From: an uncultured Acidimicrobiaceae bacterium
Lineage (GTDB): Bacteria > Actinomycetota > Acidimicrobiia > Spongiisociales > ZC4RG35
DNA: 64,000 bases
Direction: 5' to 3'
NCBI GenBank assembly: GCA_964474055.1
Contig: CAYYRT010000407.1
Coordinates: 1,110-65,109 of the forward strand
The notes below the pieces were generated by a model. That model was given only the letters and a program-made list of their open reading frames with translations, ran no database searches and was not told where the DNA came from. Below are positions 27,911 through 37,008 of this stretch, piece by piece. Made by a program: the position numbers and the translations under genes. Position 1 is the first letter of the stretch; each line of letters begins with the position of its first letter.

Positions 27911-28945
27911 ATGACTTGGCGCCTCTATCCCACGACGGCCTTTGCGGAATATCGCCCTCTCTGGGACAAGACCAACGGGCTGCAGGATGATCATCCCCTG
28001 CTGGATTCAGGGTTTGTCGCTTTGCTTCTCAAGTATTTCGGTTCCGATGCCACTCGGCTTGCGGTGTCAACAGACGCTCCCGGTGCCGCTCTTGCTCTCG
28101 TCCAGTCCTCCGGGCTCGGGACCTGGCAAACCTTCCAGCCTTCTCAGGCCCCGCTCGGGCTCTTGGTGTTCTCGTCTCGCCTCGGTGCCGACCTCCGCAT
28201 TCGTGAGCTTCTCCACCAGTTACCGGGGTACGCCATTGTGCTCTCCGTCCTTCAGCAAGACCCCGACTTCACCTCCTTGCCGGCCGCGGAAGATCAGCCC
28301 CGTGTGGAGCGATTGGACTACATCCAGACGGCGCGGCTGACCCCTTCGGGATCCTTCGACGACTACTGGGGCCGGCGTGGCAAGAATCTCACCCACAACC
28401 TCTCCCGTCAGCGTCGCCGGCTCGCGAAACAGGGAGCGACGCTGGAGCTGGTGAGCGATCGCGACCCCGCCGCCGTGGCGGAGGCGATCGGGGAGTATGG
28501 GCGCCTCGAGAGTCTGAGCTGGAAAGCTGAACACGGCACGGCGGTGAGCCCAGACAATCCCCAGGGGCTGTTCTATCGCGACGTGCTCGAGTACTTCTGC
28601 GCGCGAGGAGAGGGCGTGATCTACCGGCTGCTGCTGGATGGCAAGGCCGTTGCGTGCGATCTTTGCATCGAACGCAAGGGGATGCTGGTCGTGCTCAAAA
28701 CCACCTACGACGAACGGGTTTCCGGCTATTCATTGGGTCTTCTGCTCCACGAAAGCATGTTCCGGGCGGTCTTCGACGAAAAGCGCATCAAGGTCATCGA
28801 ATTTTACGGACGGGTCCGCGACTGGCACACGAAGTGGACCGATGAGATCCGCACGATGTATCATCTCACGCTCTATCGGCACGCATGGGTCCCGCGAGCC
28901 CGTCGTCTCATTCGCGCATGGACAAGCCGCGGAGCTCGCGGATGA
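27911..28945 (+). CDS. CelD/BioF2-like (GNAT-fold) acyltransferase-like protein.
   Basis: About 345 aa with no obvious TM. Layout as in CelD-like proteins that accompany CapK-like enzymes. Alternative TTG start at 27896. Assignment from overall pattern only. Confidence 0.45.
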   Translation: MTWRLYPTTAFAEYRPLWDKTNGLQDDHPLLDSGFVALLLKYFGSDATRLAVSTDAPGAALALVQSSGLGTWQTFQPSQAPLGLLVFSSRLGADLRIRELLHQLPGYAIVLSVLQQDPDFTSLPAAEDQPRVERLDYIQTARLTPSGSFDDYWGRRGKNLTHNLSRQRRRLAKQGATLELVSDRDPAAVAEAIGEYGRLESLSWKAEHGTAVSPDNPQGLFYRDVLEYFCARGEGVIYRLLLDGKAVACDLCIERKGMLVVLKTTYDERVSGYSLGLLLHESMFRAVFDEKRIKVIEFYGRVRDWHTKWTDEIRTMYHLTLYRHAWVPRARRLIRAWTSRGARG

Positions 28946-29973
28946 GTGTCACCATCCGTCGCGCCGTCCTCGAGGCCGACGGCGACCGCATGGTCAAGCT
29001 ATTCGCCGCTCACCTCAACTCTGCCTATGACCAGGCGCGCTTCGACTGGCTCTACCGCGCCAATCCCGACGGGCCCGGTCGGGCCTGGCTCGCGGTCGAC
29101 AGCGAGACGGGAGATCTGGTGGGCACTGCCGCCGCGATACCGCGCCGAGTGCTGATGGGCGGCGAAGATCGACTGGCCTTCGCCTTTAGCGACTTCTGCG
29201 TCGTGCCGACATTCCGCGTGCTCGGGCCGGCCCTCCGATTGCAGCAGGCCTGCCTCGCGCTGGTCGCCGAAGGCGACGCCCTGTTCGGTTACGACTTCCC
29301 GTCGGCCGGGATGACGGCGATCTACCGGCGCCTCGGCATACAACCTTTCGGGCACATCTCCCGGTTCGCCCGACCTCTTCGGAGTGGTCGAAGGATCCGT
29401 GCCCTCGGGCTTCCTTCGCCGGTCGCCGTGCCGCTCACGGGCGTCGCCGACTTTCTCCTGGTGCTCACGGGACCAAGTCGCCGGCGCCGGGATATCGAGG
29501 TGGCATTGCATCGCGGAGCGTGTGGGCCAGAATTCTCACTCCTCGACCGGAATTGCAGTGATCAGTCCACCGTGAGGCTTCGCCGTTCGGCCGAGTATCT
29601 GAACTGGCGTTTCCTCGCGAATCCATTCCAGCACCACGAGATTTTCAGCGCGCGTTCGGGGGGAACATTGCTCGCTTACGCGGTGGTCGCGTCGCAGCCG
29701 GAGACGCCCACCGTAGTTGATCTCTTCGGCCCCTGCGATCGGAATGTGATCCAGACGCTCATCGCGGGTGTCACAGCCCGTCTGCGCGCCCGCGGCGCCA
29801 TCACGCTGAGTATCACGCTCCTGGAAACCCACCCCTGGGCAGGTCTTGTCCGGCGACTCGGCTTTCGTCGGCGCGAGTCCTCGCCCGCGATTCTCTACGC
29901 TCCTGACGCCTCGGCGATGTCCCGGCTGACGGGCTCGCCGTGGCTCCTCACCTGGGGGGACCGAGACAGTTGA
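28942..29973 (+). CDS. GNAT-family N-acyltransferase-like protein.
   Basis: Central ..DLVGTAAAIPRRV..FAFSDFCVVPTFR..ACLALV.. resembles the acyl-CoA N-acyltransferase core. ATGA overlap with the upstream gene. Confidence 0.5.
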   Translation: MSVTIRRAVLEADGDRMVKLFAAHLNSAYDQARFDWLYRANPDGPGRAWLAVDSETGDLVGTAAAIPRRVLMGGEDRLAFAFSDFCVVPTFRVLGPALRLQQACLALVAEGDALFGYDFPSAGMTAIYRRLGIQPFGHISRFARPLRSGRRIRALGLPSPVAVPLTGVADFLLVLTGPSRRRRDIEVALHRGACGPEFSLLDRNCSDQSTVRLRRSAEYLNWRFLANPFQHHEIFSARSGGTLLAYAVVASQPETPTVVDLFGPCDRNVIQTLIAGVTARLRARGAITLSITLLETHPWAGLVRRLGFRRRESSPAILYAPDASAMSRLTGSPWLLTWGDRDS

Positions 29974-29990
29974 CCTTTGACGGGGGCGCT

Positions 29991-30254
29991 ATGGCTGGCA
30001 CTCACACCGCCGATCGAATCAAGGCGTTCATCCTCGATCACTTCCCCTTGGCTCGTGGGCGCTCGTTACGGAACGATGATCGTCTCTTGGAGAACGGTCT
30101 CCTCGACTCGCTGGGCGTTCTGGACCTCGTGGCCTACCTCGAGCGGGAGTTCCAGATGGTCGTCTCTGACGACGAATTGCTACCCGAGCATTTCGAAAGC
30201 ATCGATCGTCTCACCCGATTTGTCGACCGTAAGCGTGGCGGGACCGCACGATGA
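29991..30254 (+). CDS. Acyl carrier protein (phosphopantetheine-binding).
   Basis: 88 aa. ..ENGLLDSLGVLDLVAYLE.. carries the DSL phosphopantetheine attachment motif. Confidence 0.7.
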   Translation: MAGTHTADRIKAFILDHFPLARGRSLRNDDRLLENGLLDSLGVLDLVAYLEREFQMVVSDDELLPEHFESIDRLTRFVDRKRGGTAR

Positions 30255-31312
30255 CTGGCGACACTCCCCGGCGCGTCGCGGTGGTGATTCCCTTCTATCA
30301 ACGCGAACACGGTATCCTTTCGAAGGCGGTGACGTCCGCCCTCGGGCAGCTCGATGTCGAGGAGTTTGAGATCATCGTGGTCGACGATGGCTCGCCGGTC
30401 TTGGCCCAGGATGAACTGGCTCCACTCCTTACGCACAACCGAGATCGCCTGCGTGTACTTCATCGATCGAACGGCGGTCCCGGCGCGGCTCGAAACACCG
30501 GTCTTGATGCGGTCAGCCCGGAGACCACGTACATTGCCTTTCTCGATTCGGACGACACGTGGGCCCCCAGTCATCTGCATCGCGCCGTGGCGGCCCTGGA
30601 CCAGGGCTACGACTTCTACTTCTCGGACTTTTTCCAGCTCGACCAAACGATCAGTGCGTTCCGACGTGCCGGGCGCATCGAGCCGTCGCACCACCCCGCG
30701 CTACGCGGTCTTTCCGCGATGCACGAGTGGAGCGGAGACATGCTCGCCCAGATCCTCACCGGCAATGTCATCGGCACTTCCACCGTCGTGTACCGGCGCG
30801 CCTGCTGCCCGGAGCTTCGATTCCACGAGGACTATTCGCATGCCGGCGAGGACTATCTCTTCTGGCTCGATGTCTCGACCCGGACGACACGGTTTGTCTT
30901 TTCCTCGGACAACGAGTGCACCTATGGCAAGGGGGTCAACATGTACACCGGGTCGGGGTGGGGTAGCGCGGGCTCACTCCGGCGAACTCTGTGCGAGATG
31001 AAGTACCTGAAGGCCGTCAGGCGCCGGTATCCCCTGAGTCCGGCGCTGTCCAGCCACGTCGCGAGGGGTCGCAGACGTCTGCGCAGTTACTTTGTTCGTG
31101 ATGTGCTGCATCGCCTGTTCCGTCGAGAGCCTCTGGACCCTCACGTGCTGCTGGAACAATTGCGCCACGACGTGTGGAGCGGGGTCCTATTCGCACCACT
31201 CGCTTGCCTCATCGCGGTCTCTGCCATCAAGGCGAAGCTCACGGTGGCGCGCACGGGCGGCGCCGCGGCCGCCCTGGTGACCTCCCTCAAGGACACGACA
31301 TGGACTATTTGA
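30251..31312 (+). CDS. Glycosyltransferase family 2.
   Basis: VAVVIPFYQRE..IVVDDGS..AFLDSDDTW (DxD) motifs. Confidence 0.8.
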   Translation: MTGDTPRRVAVVIPFYQREHGILSKAVTSALGQLDVEEFEIIVVDDGSPVLAQDELAPLLTHNRDRLRVLHRSNGGPGAARNTGLDAVSPETTYIAFLDSDDTWAPSHLHRAVAALDQGYDFYFSDFFQLDQTISAFRRAGRIEPSHHPALRGLSAMHEWSGDMLAQILTGNVIGTSTVVYRRACCPELRFHEDYSHAGEDYLFWLDVSTRTTRFVFSSDNECTYGKGVNMYTGSGWGSAGSLRRTLCEMKYLKAVRRRYPLSPALSSHVARGRRRLRSYFVRDVLHRLFRREPLDPHVLLEQLRHDVWSGVLFAPLACLIAVSAIKAKLTVARTGGAAAALVTSLKDTTWTI

Positions 31313-32871
31313 TCCATCACATGCTGCGCACCAGCGCTGGGCGCACGCCGCAGAAGGAAGCGCTGGTCCACAAGGAGCAGCGACTCACGTATCGCGACGC
31401 GTGGGCTCGGGTCAGCGGGTTCGCGGAGGGGCTGACGCGTGCCGGGCTTCAGCGAGGCGATCGGGTTGGCATCTATCTTGAGCCATCCGTCGCCCAGGCG
31501 ATGTCCATCTTCGGCGTCTCCAAAGCTGGGGGCGTCTTCGTTCCCGTCAACAGTCTGCTGTTCCCGGACCAGGTTGCCCACATCGCGCGGAACTGCTCGA
31601 TGCGGTTTCTGGTGGCCCCGGCCTCTCGCCTCTCGGCGCTAGCGGCCATCCATTCAGAGGTGCCGTCTCTGGAATCTGTCGTGGTAGTGGCGGATGGCGG
31701 CCCGGTTCACAGCCCTTGGCCGGCCCACGATTTCGAGGCCTTGTGCCGGCTCGAGGCCAGTGAGACCGAGCGAGAGGCGGGGATCGAGAAGGACTTGGCC
31801 GCCATCCTGTACACATCGGGCTCCACCGGGAAGCCCAAGGGCGTGATGCTGAGTCACGCACAGGTCATGGCCGGCAGCTCCATCGTCTCGAGCTACCTGG
31901 AGATCACCGCTGCCGACCGCATCCTCGCCATCCTCCCCTTCACCTTCGATGCCGGCCTGAACCAGATCATGACCGCCTTCCAGCAGGGGGCAACGATTGT
32001 CCTGATGACCTTTGTCTTCGCCCGGGAGATCGTTCAAGCTCTTCTACGCGAGCGAATCACCGGCCTCGCCGGCGTGCCGACGCTCTGGAGCCTGCTGTCC
32101 CACGGAAGCGCGACCCTCGACAAGCAACCGCTGCCTCATCTCCGCTACATCACAAATACCGGCGGCGCGATGCCGCAGCCGATACTCGCCACATTGCGGG
32201 CAGCACTGCCCGGTACTCGGGTCTTTCTCATGTACGGGTTGACCGAGGCTTTCCGCTCCACCTACCTTCCGCCCGAGGAGCTGGATCGGAGGCCGACCTC
32301 AATTGGGAGAGCCATCCCGAATACGGAGATCCTCGTGATCAACGAGGACGGTCAGCTCAGCAAGCCCGGCCAGGTCGGCGAGCTCGTCCACCGGGGCCCC
32401 ACGGTCTCGATGGGTTACTGGGGTGAGCCTGAGCTGACCGCGCAGGTCTTGAGACCGCACCCGTTGCGCGCGCCGCAGCTCGGCGAAGCGGAGAAGGTCT
32501 GCTACTCGGGCGACTATGTGACCATGGACGAGGAGGGGTATCTCTTCTTCGTTGGACGGCGAGATACGATGATCAAGTGCTCCGGGTTCCGGATCAGCCC
32601 GACCGAGGTCGAGGAGGTGCTGTTTCAGAGTGGGCTGGTCAAGGGCGCCGCGGTCATCGGCGTGCCCGATCCGAGCCTTGGCCAGTTCATCAAAGCCTTC
32701 GTTGTCGGAAAGGACGGAGGCTCGCTCAATACCGAGGAGCTGCTCCAGTTCTGTTCAGAACGCAGCCCGCGTCACATGGTTCCCAAAGTCATCGAGATAG
32801 TCGACGATCTCCCGAAGACTTCGAGCGGCAAAGTAGACTACCCCGCCCTGCGTCGGCGGGAGGGCCTCTGA
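31300..32871 (+). CDS. AMP-dependent synthetase/ligase (acyl-CoA / acyl-carrier-protein ligase, exosortase-associated type).
   Basis: ILYTSGSTGKPKGVMLSH (A3 motif), YGLTE, GDY..DEEGYLFFVGRRDTMIKCSGFRISPTEVE, ..SSGKVD. Confidence 0.8.
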   Translation: MDYLIHHMLRTSAGRTPQKEALVHKEQRLTYRDAWARVSGFAEGLTRAGLQRGDRVGIYLEPSVAQAMSIFGVSKAGGVFVPVNSLLFPDQVAHIARNCSMRFLVAPASRLSALAAIHSEVPSLESVVVVADGGPVHSPWPAHDFEALCRLEASETEREAGIEKDLAAILYTSGSTGKPKGVMLSHAQVMAGSSIVSSYLEITAADRILAILPFTFDAGLNQIMTAFQQGATIVLMTFVFAREIVQALLRERITGLAGVPTLWSLLSHGSATLDKQPLPHLRYITNTGGAMPQPILATLRAALPGTRVFLMYGLTEAFRSTYLPPEELDRRPTSIGRAIPNTEILVINEDGQLSKPGQVGELVHRGPTVSMGYWGEPELTAQVLRPHPLRAPQLGEAEKVCYSGDYVTMDEEGYLFFVGRRDTMIKCSGFRISPTEVEEVLFQSGLVKGAAVIGVPDPSLGQFIKAFVVGKDGGSLNTEELLQFCSERSPRHMVPKVIEIVDDLPKTSSGKVDYPALRRREGL

Positions 32872-34178
32872 TGGTGGACCGGGTCTCCACTCTGATCGCT
32901 CGGCACTTCATGGAGTCCGGGGGCCAGCTGGCGATCGGCGGCCTTCCCATCGGGCCTATCGCATCGGAGTTCGGCACCCCGTTCTTCGTCTACAGCGCGG
33001 ACGTGCTGGATCGCACGTGGGCCCGCCTGCGACAGACGTATCCGGCCGAGTTCTCGATCAGCTACTCGGTGAAGGCGAACCCCAATCGGGCGATCGTCCG
33101 GTACTTCCTTGGCCAGGGGTGTGGTCTAGAGGTCGCGTCGGCAGGCGAGCTGACTCTGGCCCTCGCGGCGGGCTGTCCTCCTCAGCGTATCATGTTTGCC
33201 GGGCCGGGTAAGACGGAGACGGAGCTACGCCTCGCGTTGAATCGGCGCATCGGCGAGATCCACATTGAATCCCTCACTGAGGCCCAACGCATTGGCACCA
33301 TCGCCGCGAGTGTCGGCGAGCCGGCCCGGATCGCTCTCCGTGTCAATCCGAGTGCCGACGCCCAGGGTGGGGCAATGCAGATGGGAGGCAAGCCTGCCCC
33401 CTTCGGCGTGGACGAGGAGGTGCTCGAGGAAACCCTGGACCAGCTCCTCCGCAATCCGAATCTTTCGGTTCGGGGAATCCACCTGTTCAGCGGGACGCAG
33501 ATTCTCGACTACACGGTTCTCGTTCGCCAGTACGAAAAGGGGCTGGCTTTGGCACGCCGTGCTTCCAAGCACCTGCCGGGTCCGCTTCGGACGCTCGATT
33601 TCGGCGGAGGTCTGGGGGTTCCGTATTTCACGGGAGAGTCCGAGCTCGACATGGACTCGCTGGCCGCCCGCCTGCGAGAGCTGGTGGACGAGGTTCGATC
33701 CGACAGGCTGTTGGCCGGTACCCAGCTCGTGATCGAACCCGGGCGATATCTGGTCGCGGAAGCGGGTATCTATGTCGCCCGGATCAACGACATCAAGGTA
33801 TCTCGAGGCAAGACGTTCCTGATCATCGACGGAGGGATGAACCATCATCTCGCCGCTTCAGGAAACCTCGGCCAGGTCATCAAGCGCAATTTCCCGGTGG
33901 CCATTCTGAACAAGATAAGGCGTGAAAGCTCTGGACGGGTCGACGTGGTCGGGCCCCTGTGCACGCCGCTGGATACGCTGGCCCGCGACGTTGAGCTACC
34001 GGGGGCCGAGATTGGCGATTTGCTCGGGATCTTCTGTTCGGGAGCCTATGGGCTCACGGCCAGCCCGGTCCACTTTCTGAGCCATCCGCTGCCTGCCGAA
34101 GTCTTGGTCGAGGCGGGCGTTCCACGGCTGATAAGGGGCCGGCGAGAGGTCCGAGAGGCCCTTGACGATCTCGACTGA
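32871..34178 (+). CDS. PLP-dependent decarboxylase, Orn/DAP/Arg decarboxylase fold (exosortase-associated type).
   Basis: ..TPFFVYS..ISYSVKANPN.. (PLP-Lys region), ..LDFGGGLGVPY.., C-terminal ..CGSGAYG. TGATG overlap with the upstream gene. Confidence 0.8.
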   Translation: MVDRVSTLIARHFMESGGQLAIGGLPIGPIASEFGTPFFVYSADVLDRTWARLRQTYPAEFSISYSVKANPNRAIVRYFLGQGCGLEVASAGELTLALAAGCPPQRIMFAGPGKTETELRLALNRRIGEIHIESLTEAQRIGTIAASVGEPARIALRVNPSADAQGGAMQMGGKPAPFGVDEEVLEETLDQLLRNPNLSVRGIHLFSGTQILDYTVLVRQYEKGLALARRASKHLPGPLRTLDFGGGLGVPYFTGESELDMDSLAARLRELVDEVRSDRLLAGTQLVIEPGRYLVAEAGIYVARINDIKVSRGKTFLIIDGGMNHHLAASGNLGQVIKRNFPVAILNKIRRESSGRVDVVGPLCTPLDTLARDVELPGAEIGDLLGIFCSGAYGLTASPVHFLSHPLPAEVLVEAGVPRLIRGRREVREALDDLD

Positions 34179-34245
34179 GGCTCTTGCGCGCGCCGCCCGG
34201 GGCCCCACCTTCCGTGTCCGGCGTGAGCCGAGGTTGACGGCTCGG

Positions 34246-35370
34246 ATGCTCACTCCATCGATCAAGAGGCGACCACTGCCCGTGCCGGTCGAAGGTAGTC
34301 CAACCTTCTATCTTTTCTGGGCCCGCAGCGGGATCTACCAGAGCCTTCGCGTGCTCGGGTTGGCTGCAGGGGACACCGTGCTGGCTCCCGCGTACCATTG
34401 CGCCTCTCTCGTCGATCCGATCCTTCAGTCCGGAGCTTCGGTCCGCTTCTTTCAGATCCGCCGGGACTGCTCCGTGGACCTCGACGACATCCGCGCCAGG
34501 ATCGACCGCCGCACTCGCGCGATCATCGCCGTCCACTATTTCGGCTTTCCGCAACCACTGCGGGAGCTCCGGACGCTATGTGATGAGCGCGGCTTGTTTC
34601 TCATAGAGGACTGCGCGCACGTGCTGAGTGGGCATTCCGAGGGTCACGCCCTCGGGAGTGTTGGTGACGTCAGCGTGTTCAGCTGGAGGAAGTTCCTGCC
34701 TCTGTACGACGGGGGCGTGCTGGCGGTCAACAACCCTGCCCTGGCCCCCTCGCTCCGTCTGACCGATCCTTCCAGACTGCTCCGGCTGCGGATATGGAAG
34801 AATCTGCTGGACCGGCTGGTGGATGACTCCTCATTCGGAGAATCAGAGGCGTTTCGCGGCATCCTTCGGGCCGTATCGAAGCTCGGTCGGCGGATCGCTT
34901 CTCGGGGCCAGCAATCCGCGTCACTCGCCGTCAACAACTACAGCCTGGATTTGGAGCCGGAGGCGCTGAGCCTCGGCATGTCCGGCCCGTCACGCCGCAT
35001 GTTGCGTCAGGCGGATTTCGCCGAGATCATTGAAGCTCGGCGGCGGAACTACCGGATGCTCCAGGTGCGGCTGACGGGGGTGCCCACCGTGGCGCCTTTG
35101 TTCCCTGCTCTTCACGAGGGCGTCTGCCCATGGGTGTTTCCTCTCGTGGCGTCGGGCCGCCGCGGCTTTCATCTGGAGCTTCGGGCCAGAGGTATTCCGG
35201 CCGTGACCTGGGGAGAGGTGATCCATCGCGATCTTCCCCTGCACGAGTTCCCGGCCGCCCGGTTCCTCTACGAGCATGCCGTTTTCGTGCCGGTCCACCA
35301 AAGCCTTACCGAGTCCGACCTGGAGACTACCGTCGAGGCCATCCGAGCGGTCGCGACCGACCGCGCATGA
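34246..35370 (+). CDS. DegT/DnrJ/EryC1/StrS-like PLP-dependent aminotransferase (sugar aminotransferase-like).
   Basis: ..GDTVLAPAYHCASLVDPI..AIIAVHYFGFP..LFLIEDCAHVLSG..VFSWRKFLPLYDGG pattern. Alternative TTG start at 34162. Confidence 0.5.
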   Translation: MLTPSIKRRPLPVPVEGSPTFYLFWARSGIYQSLRVLGLAAGDTVLAPAYHCASLVDPILQSGASVRFFQIRRDCSVDLDDIRARIDRRTRAIIAVHYFGFPQPLRELRTLCDERGLFLIEDCAHVLSGHSEGHALGSVGDVSVFSWRKFLPLYDGGVLAVNNPALAPSLRLTDPSRLLRLRIWKNLLDRLVDDSSFGESEAFRGILRAVSKLGRRIASRGQQSASLAVNNYSLDLEPEALSLGMSGPSRRMLRQADFAEIIEARRRNYRMLQVRLTGVPTVAPLFPALHEGVCPWVFPLVASGRRGFHLELRARGIPAVTWGEVIHRDLPLHEFPAARFLYEHAVFVPVHQSLTESDLETTVEAIRAVATDRA

Positions 35371-36647
35371 GATCGCTGCTCATGGTCGCCTTCCACTACC
35401 CCCCCTGCGTGGGGAGCAGCGGCGTCTTGCGGACACTCAAGTTCTCACGGTATCTCCCGGACGTCGGCTGGCGCCCGCTGGTGCTGACCGCGCACCCTCG
35501 TGCCTATGAGCGAACGGGATTCGATCAGCTAGGCGAGATCCCTCCAGGCGTTGAGGTTGCTCGCGCGCCGGTGGTGGATTCGTTTCGACATCTGGCCTTT
35601 CGTGGGCGGGCCCTCCGGATCACCGCCCTTCCTGATCGATGGGTCACCTGGTGGGTCGGCGCGGTGGCCACGGGACTGTGGCTCATACGCCGGCGGCGGC
35701 CAGCCGCGATCTGGTCGACGTATCCTATTGCGACGGCGCATCTGATCGGGCTCGCCCTTCATCGACTCACCGGTCTTCCTTGGGTCGCGGACTTCCGGGA
35801 CTCCATGACAGAGCCCGGCTACCCCCGTGACCCCTGGACCCGCCGTGCCTATCTCGCCATCGAGCGGCAGACGGTCAGACGGGCGTCTGCCCTCGTCTTC
35901 ACCGCCCGCTCCACGCGAGCCATGTACCTCGAGCGCTATCCAGGCCTCTCGCCCGACCGCTGCTTCGTTGTGCCCAATGGATACGACGAAGCCGATTTCG
36001 TCGCCCTGTCCGCGCCAACGGGGCGGTGCCCATCGGAAGGTGCGTTGCGCCTGCTCCATGCCGGCTTGATCTATCCGGAAGAGCGCGATCCGCGTCCGTT
36101 CTTTCGCGCTCTGGCCCGGCTGAAGCGCGCCGGCGTCGTCGCCCCCGACACCGTGTCCATCGAGCTTCGCGCGTCAGGGTCTGAGCGCGAATATGCGCGC
36201 CTCCTCGGCGAGCTGAACATCCTGGAGCTAGTCCGCCTCCTCCCGGCGCTTTCGTACCGGGACGTTCTCCAGAACGGCCTGGCCGCCGACGCTCTACTTC
36301 TCCTGCAGGGTCCTACCTGCAATCATCAGATTCCGGCGAAGCTCTACGAATACCTGCGGCTGGGCAAGCCAATCCTCGCCCTGACCGACGCCCGGGGCGA
36401 CACGGCGGCGGTTCTCGGTGAGACTGGAGGCGCGACCACCATCGATCTGCTCGACGAGGATGCGCTGTACCGTGGCCTGCCGTCTTTCCTGGACTCCGTC
36501 CGCAACGGCACCCACCCGGTGCCGGATGCGACAATCTCCGCCCAGTACGCGCGTCACAACCAGGCCGGCGCGCTCGCCCGCCTGTTGACTACGCTCGTGG
36601 AGCGCTCCGATCCGGCGCCCAGAGTGCACACGGGAGTTCGTCTATGA
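35367..36647 (+). CDS. Glycosyltransferase (GT4-like N-terminal domain).
   Basis: MRSLLMVAFHYPPCVGSSG.. typical GT4 N-terminal start. ATGA overlap with the upstream gene. Confidence 0.6.
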   Translation: MRSLLMVAFHYPPCVGSSGVLRTLKFSRYLPDVGWRPLVLTAHPRAYERTGFDQLGEIPPGVEVARAPVVDSFRHLAFRGRALRITALPDRWVTWWVGAVATGLWLIRRRRPAAIWSTYPIATAHLIGLALHRLTGLPWVADFRDSMTEPGYPRDPWTRRAYLAIERQTVRRASALVFTARSTRAMYLERYPGLSPDRCFVVPNGYDEADFVALSAPTGRCPSEGALRLLHAGLIYPEERDPRPFFRALARLKRAGVVAPDTVSIELRASGSEREYARLLGELNILELVRLLPALSYRDVLQNGLAADALLLLQGPTCNHQIPAKLYEYLRLGKPILALTDARGDTAAVLGETGGATTIDLLDEDALYRGLPSFLDSVRNGTHPVPDATISAQYARHNQAGALARLLTTLVERSDPAPRVHTGVRL

Positions 36648-36994
36648 GATATCGATACCGGCTTTCTCTCATCGGTGCGGTCCTCTGGAGCGTGTCCCTG
36701 ATACCAAGCGGCTACGTCGACGACAGGCCTCGAAGCGCGCAGGCCCAGGGCGCCCCCGGGCGGGAGCCGAGTCCCGGCTCGTCTCAGGATGCCGGTGTCT
36801 CCACCCCGCTCAACCCGACCGCTGGCGCCCACATGGACAGCTATGACTACGATAGGCGGAACCGCGTCATAGTCAGCACGAGCTACGGGGAGAGCCAGTT
36901 CCGGATGTGGGTCTGGAGGCCTGATGACAGTGTCTGGAGGGAACTGCCCGTCGACACCCGCCCGACCGAGCTGTGGGCCTGGGGCTATCGGTGA
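36644..36994 (+). CDS. Hypothetical small secreted protein.
   Basis: Signal-peptide-like MRYRYRLSLIGAVLWSVSLIPSG. ATGA overlap with the upstream gene. Confidence 0.4.
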   Translation: MRYRYRLSLIGAVLWSVSLIPSGYVDDRPRSAQAQGAPGREPSPGSSQDAGVSTPLNPTAGAHMDSYDYDRRNRVIVSTSYGESQFRMWVWRPDDSVWRELPVDTRPTELWAWGYR

Positions 36995-37008
36995 AAGCCC
37001 GCGAAGCC

